From: Hyalangium minutum
GTDB taxonomy: Bacteria; Myxococcota; Myxococcia; Myxococcales; Myxococcaceae
Direction of reading: 5' to 3'
NCBI RefSeq assembly: GCF_000737315.1
Contig: NZ_JMCB01000001.1
Location: 20,001 to 268,000, forward strand
Length of the DNA stretch: 248,000 nucleotides
Made by a program: the position numbers and the translations under genes. The notes under the pieces were generated by a model, which made no database searches, had not been told where the DNA came from, and was given only the letters and a program-made list of their open reading frames with translations. Below are positions 156,441 through 168,328 of this stretch, piece after piece (the first letter of the stretch is position 1; each line of letters starts with the position of its first letter).

Positions 156441-157313
156441 TCAGGGCAGGGACACGCCGGTGAGCTGTTCGGACTCCTGCCATAGCTTGAGCGCCAGCGC
156501 CTCATCGTACGTAGCGGGGCTGGAGCGCTCCTCCTGGCATTTGCGGAAGACGCCTCCAAAGTACTTCCCGCTCACCCCGTCGAGCTCCGGCGCGCTCGCG
156601 GCCCAGATCTGGGTGTGGGCGCCCCACTCGGGGGTGGCCAGGCCGAACGCCCGCAGCGTCAGGGCCAGCCCAATGAAGGGGAGCATGGCAATGGAGCCGG
156701 AGTTGCTCCCCATGCTGGTCGCGGCCCCTCCCGGGTGCACACAGTTGGTGGTCACCTTCGTGCCACGCAGGCGGCGCGCAAGCTCGTAGGTGAAGAGCAC
156801 ATTGCACAGCTTCGACCGGGAGTACGCCTTCATCATGCCGTAGCCGCGCTCCAGCTGGAGATCATTGAAGTCCAGCGGGTACTGGCCGTGCTTGAAGGAA
156901 GAGACGTTGACGATGCGGGAGGGCTGGCCGGCCTTGAGCGCGTCCAGCAGCAGCAGCGTCAGCGCGAAGTGGCCCAGGTGGTTGACCCCGAAGACCATCT
157001 CGAAGCCGTCCCCCGTCTGGGCCCGCTTGGGGAGCGTGACGCCGGCATTGTTCACGAGGACATGCAGCTGGGAGTACTTCGCCTTGAACTGCTCGACGAA
157101 GGAGCGAATCGAGGCGAGCGAAGCCAGATCGCAGAGCATCAGCTCCACCGCGTCGTTGCCCGTCCGGCCCCGGATCTCGTCCCGGGCTGCCGCTCCCCGC
157201 TCGCGGTCGCGGCTCATCACCACCACCGTGGCGCCCTTCGCCGCGAGCGCCATCGCCGTGGCCCGCCCCAATCCGGCGTTCGCCCCGGTGACAATACACA
157301 CTTTGCCTTCCAT
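156441..157313 (-). CDS. SDR oxidoreductase (paralog of 154777..155694)
   Basis: TGANAGLG, Y..SK; long identical stretches with the neighbouring SDR. Confidence 0.9.
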   Translation of the reverse strand: MEGKVCIVTGANAGLGRATAMALAAKGATVVVMSRDRERGAAARDEIRGRTGNDAVELMLCDLASLASIRSFVEQFKAKYSQLHVLVNNAGVTLPKRAQTGDGFEMVFGVNHLGHFALTLLLLDALKAGQPSRIVNVSSFKHGQYPLDFNDLQLERGYGMMKAYSRSKLCNVLFTYELARRLRGTKVTTNCVHPGGAATSMGSNSGSIAMLPFIGLALTLRAFGLATPEWGAHTQIWAASAPELDGVSGKYFGGVFRKCQEERSSPATYDEALALKLWQESEQLTGVSLP

Positions 157314-157479
157314 GATTCTGGAGTCCTAGGAGTCTGGTAGGGGGTCAGGCGTCCAAGGAGACCAGCCGATCTGGTGCATTGCGCGTCTGTGCGCGTCCCC
157401 GGCACCACCTTGGGCTCGGGGGAGGCCAGATCGATGATCCAGTCGCCTCCCCCTCGCTACTGAATCCGGAACACAATGA

Positions 157480-158187
157480 TCAGGCGTAGATGCTGGGGCC
157501 CGTGCCGTGGCGCCAGAACTGCGGCTTGATATCGGGGATGCCCAGCTCGCGGCGAACATCGTCGATGGGACGCTCCCACATGTCCTCGAACTTCAGATCG
157601 CACATGAACCGGACGGTCTTGCCCAGCTTGAAGCCCAAGTCCCAGCCCGCCTGCAGCTCCTTGGCCCGATCCGGCTTGAGCAGCTTGTAGACGTGGAAGC
157701 CCGCCTTGAACAACGGGACGATCTCGGGCGGCAGGCTGCAGTTCTGCGCCTCGGCGAACGCCGTCACGCTGTACTCACCCGGCATGGTCGTTTCGAAGCC
157801 CAGCAGCAGGTGATACATGTCGTGCATGGCCGTGAAGCGCACGGCGAAGGTGTTGCGCTTGAACACCTCCTGCAGGTAGTGGTCGTCGTCGCTGATCTCG
157901 AAGGGGTTCAGCTTGTTGTCGTCGAGGAACCGCATGTACTCGCGGCCGAGCGTCCCGTCGGGCATCTGGCGCAGCGCACCCCGGTCCACCTTCGGCAGGT
158001 AGCCCCGCACTGCCTCCAGGCGCTTCTGGATCTCCGGGGGGCCGATGTAGTCCATGGCGTCCAGCTTGTAGATCTGGAAGTCACCAAAGCGGCTTGGATC
158101 ATTCGATGTCTGGAGCGCAAGCAAGAGCGACTTCGGCCGAATGGTCCGGCGCGGCAACAATGAACGATTCTCCAAGATCGACAGCAT
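157480..158187 (-). CDS. Coq4-like protein
   Basis: MP.GTLG.EY..F, HD..H.L.G......GE. Confidence 0.75.
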   Translation of the reverse strand: MLSILENRSLLPRRTIRPKSLLLALQTSNDPSRFGDFQIYKLDAMDYIGPPEIQKRLEAVRGYLPKVDRGALRQMPDGTLGREYMRFLDDNKLNPFEISDDDHYLQEVFKRNTFAVRFTAMHDMYHLLLGFETTMPGEYSVTAFAEAQNCSLPPEIVPLFKAGFHVYKLLKPDRAKELQAGWDLGFKLGKTVRFMCDLKFEDMWERPIDDVRRELGIPDIKPQFWRHGTGPSIYA

Positions 158188-158333
158188 GGCGACTCCTCAC
158201 TTTCACGTGAGCCCAGAGGGCAGCTTCCGCCCTGGGCTACGGACAATACAGAGTGTACAGATTAAACGGGATTTTGCATGACCTTGTCAAGAAAACGACG
158301 GGTGAGTGGCCTTTCGGGAAGCGGCAGGAGCCG

Positions 158334-159170
158334 TCAGGTGCCCTGCGCCCCCCCCGAAAGCGCTCGGATCAGCTCATCCGCATAGCGAGGCCCTTCCTGG
158401 AACAGGAAGAAGTGGCCGCCTGGGAAGACTCTAGCGGAGAACACCTGCTGCGTCTCCTCGCGCCAGGCCTCCAGGGCTGGCTCGGGGGTGTCGGGGTCAT
158501 CCTTCCCCCCCCAAGCGGTGAGGGGGCAGCCAAGGGGAGGCTCGGGGGTGTACCGGTAGCGCTCGAACATCGCGAAGTCGTTGCGAAGCACCGGGGTCAG
158601 CATTTCCATCATCTCTCGGTGGGCAAGCACCTCTGGAGGGCTGCCGCCGAGTTTGCGCACCTCCTCGCGGAAGGGCTCGTCGGGCAGCGCACTCAATGGA
158701 CGCGGAATGGGGCGAACCCGAGGGGCGGGAGAACCCGAGACGATCAGGTGCGCGGGCCCTGGAAGCTGGAGCTGCCGTAGCCGCCGCGCCAGTTCGAAGG
158801 CCACCAGCGCTCCGAGGCTGTGCCCGAAGAGCGCCAGCGGGACATCCATCAGCGGGCGCAGCGCGGGGAGCAGCGCGTCGATCAGCGCAGTGGCGGAGTC
158901 AATCCGCTTGTCGCCCCAGCGGCTCCCGCGGCCCGGAGCATCCACCGCGCACAGCTCGACGTGAGGGGGCATCCGGGCAGCCCAGCTGTTGAAGGTAGCG
159001 GCACCGCCCCCCGCGTGGGGGAAACACACCACGCGCAAGGAGGCTCGGGCTTGGGGCCGGCGGAAGGGAAACCACCGCTGTGGCTGGGACGCAGTGCTCA
159101 CGATGCAGGCTCCTGTTTCAGGCTCCTCCATACCATTGGATTCGTGAGTCTGTAGCGGGCTGTCCGTCAT
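158334..159170 (-). CDS. Type II thioesterase
   Basis: FPHAGG, GHSLG, PGGHFF; start approximate. Confidence 0.88.
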   Translation of the reverse strand: MTDSPLQTHESNGMEEPETGACIVSTASQPQRWFPFRRPQARASLRVVCFPHAGGGAATFNSWAARMPPHVELCAVDAPGRGSRWGDKRIDSATALIDALLPALRPLMDVPLALFGHSLGALVAFELARRLRQLQLPGPAHLIVSGSPAPRVRPIPRPLSALPDEPFREEVRKLGGSPPEVLAHREMMEMLTPVLRNDFAMFERYRYTPEPPLGCPLTAWGGKDDPDTPEPALEAWREETQQVFSARVFPGGHFFLFQEGPRYADELIRALSGGAQGT

Positions 159171-159190
159171 CCTGCGCGGCGCCCTGTGGA

Positions 159191-159514
159191 TCAGCGGGAG
159201 TTCTTCAAGCTCCCCACCGTCAGCCCCGTCATCTGAGGTGCCACGCGGTTGATGCCATCCCCGGAGGAGCGCGCCAGCGTCTGCGCGGGAGCTCCCGCAC
159301 GGGCCGGTGCTGTGCCCTTGCCGCCTGGAGAGCCCCGGAGCAGCTCGCGGACCCGGTTCCAGCGGGCCTTCTCGTCGGCCAGCAGGCGGGCCAGTTCGTC
159401 GCGCGCCGCCGGGTCCTGGAGCCCACTGGCCGCCGCCGCCACCTTGTCGAGGAACGGCATCAGGTAGCCAAAGTCCCTGTCGAACGCGTCCGGATTCGCC
159501 ACATGCACCTCCAC
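159191..159514 (-). CDS. Hypothetical protein
   Basis: short helical ORF ending the 159-164 kb operon. Confidence 0.55.
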   Translation of the reverse strand: MEVHVANPDAFDRDFGYLMPFLDKVAAAASGLQDPAARDELARLLADEKARWNRVRELLRGSPGGKGTAPARAGAPAQTLARSSGDGINRVAPQMTGLTVGSLKNSR

Positions 159515-159567
159515 CGGGAAAACGGCGCCACCCTACCCCATTGCCGCGCGCGCGCCCAAGCGAAGCC

Positions 159568-161061
159568 TCAGCCGTTGTCATCCAGCTCACCCGGGATGGC
159601 CACCCCCTCCGGGTTGTAGACAGTGTGCGGCCCCACCTCCTTGAGGAGAGCCTTCATCCAGTCGGGGATGGTACCGATGGTCGCGGGAGCCAGGGCCCTG
159701 CGCACATAGGTCCAGTCGGTCCGCCCGTTGTCGAGCGAGCTCACCACCAGCAGGGGCTCTCCCACGGAGACAGGACCGAGGTCTACCAGGCGCTTGGCTC
159801 GCGGGGTTTCCTCCTGCATCAACACCTTCGCCAGGTCTCCCCGAGGGCTGTAGAACACCCACCACGCCACGGTCCGGAAGGTCTTCGCCTCTTGCTCGGG
159901 GGTGCCTGGAGTCTCCGGCGGATTCCAGTCTGGGAGCGAGCGCAGCGCGTACTGACACCGAGCAATGGTGTAGTTGGCCGTCTCTTCGGCGCCCCACATC
160001 CGCAGCAGGCGGCTCATGAAGACGAGGCCCTCGGGCACTTCCAGATCCTTCTCTTCGATGCGCACCTTCTTCTTGGTCTTGGCGGAGAATGGCAGCTTGG
160101 CCACGAAGAGCCGCGCCAGGCCATACGGGCGCGTCTTCTTCATCCGATCGATCCCCGATTGGAGCTGCGCATCGGACCGGGCTGCGGGAGTCCCCAGACC
160201 TCCGTACCGGCCTCCTATTTTCGGATCCGTCTTGGAGCCGGGGATGAAGCTGCGCACCAGCAACGAGCCTTCATTGTCGTAGTTGCCGCTGTAGTCCCAC
160301 TTGGGAGCGCAGGAAGGCGCGGGCCTCGGAGCATCCTGGGCTGCCCCGGTGTCGAAGAGCTGTGCCTGCTTCTTCCCGTCGGTATCCACGCGCAGGATGC
160401 TCACCACGTGGGAGCCCTTCTGCTTGGTGCCGTCCGGATCGCGCCCCACCCAGCTGTAGCAAGAGCCCTGCTGGAGCGGGTGCGAGGCCTTCATGGCATC
160501 CGCGAACCTCAGGGGGCCGCCTTTGTCCCAGTGGCCACCCTCGGACGTGAAGACCTTGAGCCCGTCATTGCCGTCGCAGTCGATGCCGACGCCGTTGACG
160601 TAGGACATGCCATAGCCACGGGACAGCACCGTGTACGACACCAGCATCTGGCACGCGCAGCAGACAGCGACGAAGGGCTGCGCGCCCTCGCTGAAGCTCT
160701 TGTAGATGTCCTGGATGGGAACGGCGTTGCCCGTCTCGACGTCCGGACCGTCATAAGCGGTGCCCAGCAGCAGCTCGCTGATGCCCCGGGCCCACTGCTC
160801 CTCGAGCAGCGGCCGCCCCGACTTGAGGATCTTCAGCTGCATCGGGTGGGCGTCTGGATCGTAGATGTTCCACTGCTTGTTCCACAGGTTCCAGTACTCC
160901 CCCGCACACCACAGCCCATCCAAGGGGAGGTTCATCCGGAAGGCGATCATCTTCAGCACTTCCGCCGCCCCTTGATCACGTGGCTTGGGGATCTTGTCGA
161001 CGTTGATGAGTTCGACGAGGCGGGGGAAGCCCTTGCGCTCGGGGGCTGCGGTGGATGCCAT
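159568..161061 (-). CDS. Hypothetical protein
   Basis: long ORF; C..LV and SH.V..L segments hint at a Cys/His enzyme. Confidence 0.55.
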   Translation of the reverse strand: MASTAAPERKGFPRLVELINVDKIPKPRDQGAAEVLKMIAFRMNLPLDGLWCAGEYWNLWNKQWNIYDPDAHPMQLKILKSGRPLLEEQWARGISELLLGTAYDGPDVETGNAVPIQDIYKSFSEGAQPFVAVCCACQMLVSYTVLSRGYGMSYVNGVGIDCDGNDGLKVFTSEGGHWDKGGPLRFADAMKASHPLQQGSCYSWVGRDPDGTKQKGSHVVSILRVDTDGKKQAQLFDTGAAQDAPRPAPSCAPKWDYSGNYDNEGSLLVRSFIPGSKTDPKIGGRYGGLGTPAARSDAQLQSGIDRMKKTRPYGLARLFVAKLPFSAKTKKKVRIEEKDLEVPEGLVFMSRLLRMWGAEETANYTIARCQYALRSLPDWNPPETPGTPEQEAKTFRTVAWWVFYSPRGDLAKVLMQEETPRAKRLVDLGPVSVGEPLLVVSSLDNGRTDWTYVRRALAPATIGTIPDWMKALLKEVGPHTVYNPEGVAIPGELDDNG

Positions 161062-161065
161062 GTGC

Positions 161066-162580
161066 CTATGCCTCCTGGGCCTCGAGCCCCTCGCGGTGCA
161101 CGCGATCGACGGCCTGCGCGAACGGCTCGCCCTCCGCTTCGGGATGATCCGCCAGGAAGTGCTGCCGGTTCTCCTCGGGGTCTTTCGAGGTGTAACCCAG
161201 GTTGTGCAGCTGGCGCTCCGTGTCGGGCGTCTCCTGCTCCTCGGTGCCCAGGTAGATCACCCGCGAGTAGAGGTAGCGAGGCTCCTCCGTCCCCGGCGCG
161301 CTGGCCTTGCCCTGGACGTGCTCGGAGGTGGGGTAAGCGCCCCACTCGAGCTCGCAGGCGCCCCCCGCGTAGACGTTCTGCTCGATCAGAAGCCCTTCGG
161401 CCGAGGCCCGGCCCTCGCGCACCTGCGAGCCCACCGTCAGACGGTAGGGCGCTCCAGACTCCCGCTCCACCGGGTCGTCGCTCTCGGGGTTGGCCCCCAT
161501 GCGCCGGCCGTGGTGATCCATGAGGTACAGCGACACCGTCTCCCGCACGCCCTCGCACGGCGAGCCCCGCGCCAGCCGGTCATAGAAGGCACACGCGAAG
161601 GTCCTCCCGCCCGTCAGGTGCTCGCGCTGCGCTCCCCGCGGGTTGCGGCGCGCCTCTCCATCCGGCCAGAACTTCGCCTTGCAGCCCGCGGGGCCCTCGC
161701 TGACGGTGGGACAGGGCCACTGCTCCGGGGTGATGTTCAGCGCGGGGTCGAACATGTAGATGACCACGCGCCGGTTGGGCATGTTCGCCGCGTCGCGCTC
161801 GGCCTTGCGCGCGGGCTTCTGGTATTCGGCGGCGGCCTGCTCCGAGAAGACGCGCACGGGGTTGAACTCGCCGCAGCCCTGGTAGGCACACTTGCCTCCG
161901 GCGCTGGGGCCTCGCGAGAGGAAGTCCTCCGGCACGTACTGGAAGGGGACACCCTGCTCGTCCACGCAGAGCGCGTCCATGTACGCGAGGAAGAGCTTGG
162001 CGCGCGTGCCTCCGTCCGGGAACCCCGTCCCGGGCAGGCCGTTGTCTTGCTGGAAGGCCTTCACGGCCTTCGTCGTGGGATTGTCCAGGTAGCCCGTGGG
162101 CGCCGCCTGCAGGTAACCCAGCTGCGTCAACATCATCTGGATCTGCCGGGTGCCCCACTTGTCCCCTCCGTGCGGGGAGCTGTAGAGCTTCTCCCAGAGC
162201 GCCACGTCACGGGTGAGCAGGCCGTAGACGGAAGTGGCCCGGCGGCCGGCCAGCACTTTGTTGTACTCGTCCTGGCCCGAGGGGTCGGCGTGGCCGAACA
162301 CGCTCAGCAGCAGCGCCTTGCCTGTGTCGTCCGGGCCAGGCGGGCGCTGGCGGGCCAGCAGCTGGAACTCGTGCGTGCCGGCAGGCAACAGGAACGACGA
162401 GTCAAAGTCGAACCGCAGATCATCGATGCGCCAGCACGCCGAGGGGCGGAGCCGGGGCCGGAGCGTGCTGTACGCCTCCTTGTCCGTGGGCGCCACCACG
162501 TAGGGAATGGGGGCCTCGCCGTGCTTGGCGGCGGTGCCCCCATCCGAGATCAGCGCGCCTTCCATCAAGTTCCTGGCCAT
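161066..162580 (-). CDS. OmpA-like / peptidoglycan-binding domain protein
   Basis: FDFDSS, GHADP.G..YN..LA.RRA, Q.ML.LGY...T.AVK.FQ, NRRV. Confidence 0.7.
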   Translation of the reverse strand: MARNLMEGALISDGGTAAKHGEAPIPYVVAPTDKEAYSTLRPRLRPSACWRIDDLRFDFDSSFLLPAGTHEFQLLARQRPPGPDDTGKALLLSVFGHADPSGQDEYNKVLAGRRATSVYGLLTRDVALWEKLYSSPHGGDKWGTRQIQMMLTQLGYLQAAPTGYLDNPTTKAVKAFQQDNGLPGTGFPDGGTRAKLFLAYMDALCVDEQGVPFQYVPEDFLSRGPSAGGKCAYQGCGEFNPVRVFSEQAAAEYQKPARKAERDAANMPNRRVVIYMFDPALNITPEQWPCPTVSEGPAGCKAKFWPDGEARRNPRGAQREHLTGGRTFACAFYDRLARGSPCEGVRETVSLYLMDHHGRRMGANPESDDPVERESGAPYRLTVGSQVREGRASAEGLLIEQNVYAGGACELEWGAYPTSEHVQGKASAPGTEEPRYLYSRVIYLGTEEQETPDTERQLHNLGYTSKDPEENRQHFLADHPEAEGEPFAQAVDRVHREGLEAQEA

Positions 162581-162595
162581 GGTGAGTCCTCGCGG

Positions 162596-163231
162596 CTAGG
162601 AGCCGTGCTCCGTGGCGAGCTGCTCCGCGATCCCCGAGTCCAGCGCCCCTGTGACATCCAGGCCGTTCTCGTGCTGGAACAACTCGAGCGCGAAGCGGGT
162701 CCACTCCATCGTGTCCGGGTTCAGGTACCGGGGATCGTCCGCCGGATAGCCGAGGTTGCTGAGCCGCCCCGCCAGCCCCGTGGGCTCCGGCAGCGGATCC
162801 AGGCCGCCAATGGCCAGATCGAACACCAGATCCCCCACCTCCAGCGTGCCGCTCGTCGCGGTCTTGTCCACCGAGGCCTGAACGTAGCCATCCCCGTCCG
162901 TCGTCAGCTCCTCGGAGTAATGCCCCACCTTCAGCACGCACGGTGCATCGGGGATGGGCTCGCCGCGCAGGTCCAGCACCCGCAGGCGCAGCTGGAGCTT
163001 TCCGGTGTGCACGGTGAGCTTGTGCTTCTTCCCGGTTGCCAGCGTGAAGCGCGCGGGCGGGAGCTCGGGGATCCACACCTCGTCATCGGGCAGCAGCATC
163101 AGCGGGCTCGCGCGGCTCTGCCGGAGCTGCGCGTTCTGGGAGTCGTTCCAGATCGTCTCGAAGTTCTCGAAGCCATACGCCGAGGCGATGCTCGCCAGAT
163201 GCTCGCCCTGTTTGACCTTATGGATGGGCAT
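162596..163231 (-). CDS. LysM-like plus peptidoglycan-binding domain protein
   Basis: H.VKQGE.L..IA..YG, RL.NLGY...FQ...GL..TG. Confidence 0.75.
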   Translation of the reverse strand: MPIHKVKQGEHLASIASAYGFENFETIWNDSQNAQLRQSRASPLMLLPDDEVWIPELPPARFTLATGKKHKLTVHTGKLQLRLRVLDLRGEPIPDAPCVLKVGHYSEELTTDGDGYVQASVDKTATSGTLEVGDLVFDLAIGGLDPLPEPTGLAGRLSNLGYPADDPRYLNPDTMEWTRFALELFQHENGLDVTGALDSGIAEQLATEHGS

Positions 163232-163261
163232 GGCGCTCCCTCGGGCCCGGGCCGTGCGATG

Positions 163262-163945
163262 TCATGCCGTCGCGCCTTCCTGAGTGACTGGCCCCTCCGC
163301 CATGGCAGGGAGGCTGCCGGGGAGCGAGGGCTGGTATTTGAAGTCTGCGTCGTAAAGGTCCGGGAACTCGACGTCACACGGCCCCGGGGCGAGCGGCTCG
163401 ATCCGCGCGAACCCGGCGGAGTTCGTCATCCCCTCGCGCACCACGTTGCCCTTCTGGAGAATCCGGAAGCTCCGGTTCGCCACGGGCTCGCCGTCCTGGT
163501 TGACCAACTCCAGCTCGATCCAGGCGCCCTTGTCCGCGGGCTTCTCTTTCTCTGGGGGAGGCTCCCACTTGGGGGCGGGCTCCGGAGCCTCCAGTGTCGA
163601 CAGCCCCTGAATGTGAGGACGCGCCTCCAGCACCAGCCGCCCGGCGAGCAGCGCCGCCTCCAGATCCTGGCCAAGCGCCTGAGCCTCCAAGGGCCCCACG
163701 CGCCGGGAAGTCCCCCGAAAGGCCGGGCCCCTCAGCTCCGCATGGAGCGCGAAGGCCGCTTCCACCGCCCGGGGCGACAGGCTCTCGAGCTCCGCCCGGG
163801 CGAAGGCCCATACCTGCCACGCGCGCTCCTGCTCCTCAGGAGACAGGGACTGCCGCTCCCCCTGCGCTCGGAGACGGAACTCCCCAAGAGGCGTTCTGAG
163901 CACCCAGGACGAGCTAAACATGCAGGGGAACGCTAGCCCGCCCAC
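163262..163945 (-). CDS. Hypothetical protein with C-terminal beta-sandwich
   Basis: WIE.ELV..DG.PV...G.T...G.AR. Confidence 0.55.
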   Translation of the reverse strand: MGGLAFPCMFSSSWVLRTPLGEFRLRAQGERQSLSPEEQERAWQVWAFARAELESLSPRAVEAAFALHAELRGPAFRGTSRRVGPLEAQALGQDLEAALLAGRLVLEARPHIQGLSTLEAPEPAPKWEPPPEKEKPADKGAWIELELVNQDGEPVANRSFRILQKGNVVREGMTNSAGFARIEPLAPGPCDVEFPDLYDADFKYQPSLPGSLPAMAEGPVTQEGATA

Positions 163946-164002
163946 TCACGCTGGGACAACCCATCCGCCCTCCCCCACGCTCCCCGTCCTGCCCACCTAC
164001 CC

Positions 164003-164359
164003 GTGGTAGACGCGCGAGGCGACGATCTTCCCGCCCTTCACCTCCAGCACCTCGGCCACCGGCATGTCCGGGTCGCCGGGCGCGTGGCGCAGGTACTCCA
164101 TGAAGACGCGCTCCCCGTCAGCCGTCAGGGCCGTCTCCTCGTACTTCAGGCCCGGCAGCCGGGCGATCGCCTCCCGCCACCACTTCGCCAGCGCCTGCTT
164201 GCCCACCAGCTTGCCGCCCGTCTCCGGGTGCAACACCCGGATCTTCGGAGAGGTATGGGTGCAGTCCTCGGCGTAGAGCGCCACCAGCGCCTCCACGTCA
164301 TGGGCGTTGAAGGCCTTCAGCCACGCCCGGGCCAAGGAGAAGTTTTCGCTCGCGCTCAT
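164003..164359 (-). CDS. SnoaL/NTF2 family protein
   Basis: W..AFNAHDV.AL..LYA.D. Confidence 0.85.
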
Positions 164360-164572
164360 GGTTCTATCCCTCGGAAAAAGCCTGGCCGGTCCCTGCGCTG
164401 CGCCGGAAAGGCCTCCCCTATATAAGGTGTACGGCTTGATCGGTAGGCGGGGGTGGGTGCACGTAAGCCCCCACCAGCATGCGGATTTGGCTGGAAAGTT
164501 CAACCTGTGGGAAGTAGAGGCCCCGCCTGCCCTGTTCCCCCAGGCATTTTTCAAGAGAAGAAGGACCGGATC

Positions 164573-166687
<2,115 letters not shown>

Positions 166688-166721
166688 TCCGCGGTCCGCC
166701 GCACAACACTTGAAGTCCAGG

Positions 166722-166760
166722 GAGGGCGCCTCTCGGGTGGAGGCGCCCTCTCCCTTTTTC
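166722..166760 (+). terminator. Terminator after fusA
   Basis: ggagggcgcctc...gaggcgccctctcc-ttttt. Confidence 0.75.
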
Positions 166761-166807
166761 AGGCCTCGCTACGAAGCGAGCGCCAGGCACCCGACCTACG
166801 GGAAATC

Positions 166808-168313
166808 ATGACTTTTGACGAACTGAAGCTCGCTGAACCCCTGCTGCGCGCCGTGAAGGCCGAGGGCTACACCACTCCCACTCCCATCCAGACCCAGGCC
166901 ATTCCTCCGGCGCTCGCCGGCCGCGACGTGCTGGGCTGCGCACAGACGGGCACGGGCAAGACGGCGGCGTTCGCGCTGCCCATCCTCCACCGGCTCTCCG
167001 AGGGCCGCCCCGCTCCGGCCGCGCACGGGCGCCCCATCCGCGCGCTCATCCTCACCCCCACTCGCGAGCTGGCCAGCCAGATCGTCGAGAGCTTCCAGGC
167101 CTACGGGAAGTTCACCTCGCTCACGTGGGCGGTGATCTTTGGCGGCGTGGGGCAGAACGCGCAGGAGCAGGCGCTGCGGCGCGGCGTGGACGTGCTGGTG
167201 GCGACGCCCGGGCGGCTGTTGGACCTGATGAGCCAGAAGCTCGTCTCGTACAAGGCGCTCGAGGTGTTCGTGCTGGACGAGGCCGACCGCATGCTGGACA
167301 TGGGCTTCATCCATGACGTGAAGAAGGTCATCGCGGCGATCCCTGCGAAGCGGCAGACGCTGTTCTTCTCCGCGACGATGCCGCCGGAGATCCAGGCGCT
167401 GAGCAAGGGCATCCTGAAGGATCCGGCGAAGGTGGAGGTGGTGCCGCAATCCACCACGGCGGAGAAGGTGGAGCAGCGGCTGTACTTCGTGGAGCGCGAG
167501 CAGAAGCGCCACCTGCTGGTGCACCTGCTGGGCGACACGAGCATCCGCCGGGCGCTGGTGTTCACGCGGACGAAGCACGGCGCCAACCGGGTGACGCGGC
167601 AACTGGAGGCGGCGCGCATCACCGCCGAGGCCATTCACGGCAACAAGAGCCAGAACGCGCGCGAGCGGGCGCTGGACTCGTTCAAGGACGGCAGCTGCCG
167701 GGTGCTGGTGGCCACGGACATCGCGGCGCGCGGCATCGACATCGAGGGGATTACCCACGTCATCAACTTCGATTTGCCGAACATCCCCGAGTCCTACGTG
167801 CACCGCATTGGCCGCACGGGCCGCGCGGGCGCGGCGGGCACGGCGCTGTCCTTCTGCGACACGGAGGAGCGCGCGTACCTGAAGGACATCGAGCGCACCA
167901 TCCGGCGGCACGTGCCGGTGGTGGCGGACCACCCGTTCCGCTCGGGCTCCGGGGCGCCGACGCCCTCGGTGCTGGGGGCGGCGCAGGGACAGTCCGCGCA
168001 GGGCGGACAGCGGTCCGAGGGTGGACAGCGGCACGGCGGCGGGCAGCGCCCTCAGGGCGGCAGCCAGCGGCGCGGCGGTGGCGGCCAGCGGCACGGCGAG
168101 TCGCGGCGGGACGGAGCCGAGGCCCACGGTCCTCGGGGGGACGGGCAGCGGCGCCGGCGCGGTGGGCGCGGGCGTCCGGGCGGCCAGGGTGGCGAGGCCC
168201 GGCAGTCGCAGGGGCAGCACCGGGGCACGGACGGACGGGGTGCTCCCTCGGCGGCTCCGGCTTCGGCGGCGCCTCGGCCTCCTCCGGCGCGCACCTCTCC
168301 GAAGTGGCTCTGA
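166808..168313 (+). CDS. DEAD-box RNA helicase (RhlE-like)
   Basis: [26 protein letters not shown]. Confidence 0.93.
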   Translation: MTFDELKLAEPLLRAVKAEGYTTPTPIQTQAIPPALAGRDVLGCAQTGTGKTAAFALPILHRLSEGRPAPAAHGRPIRALILTPTRELASQIVESFQAYGKFTSLTWAVIFGGVGQNAQEQALRRGVDVLVATPGRLLDLMSQKLVSYKALEVFVLDEADRMLDMGFIHDVKKVIAAIPAKRQTLFFSATMPPEIQALSKGILKDPAKVEVVPQSTTAEKVEQRLYFVEREQKRHLLVHLLGDTSIRRALVFTRTKHGANRVTRQLEAARITAEAIHGNKSQNARERALDSFKDGSCRVLVATDIAARGIDIEGITHVINFDLPNIPESYVHRIGRTGRAGAAGTALSFCDTEERAYLKDIERTIRRHVPVVADHPFRSGSGAPTPSVLGAAQGQSAQGGQRSEGGQRHGGGQRPQGGSQRRGGGGQRHGESRRDGAEAHGPRGDGQRRRRGGRGRPGGQGGEARQSQGQHRGTDGRGAPSAAPASAAPRPPPARTSPKWL

Positions 168314-168328
168314 GGTAAAGAGAGCCCC

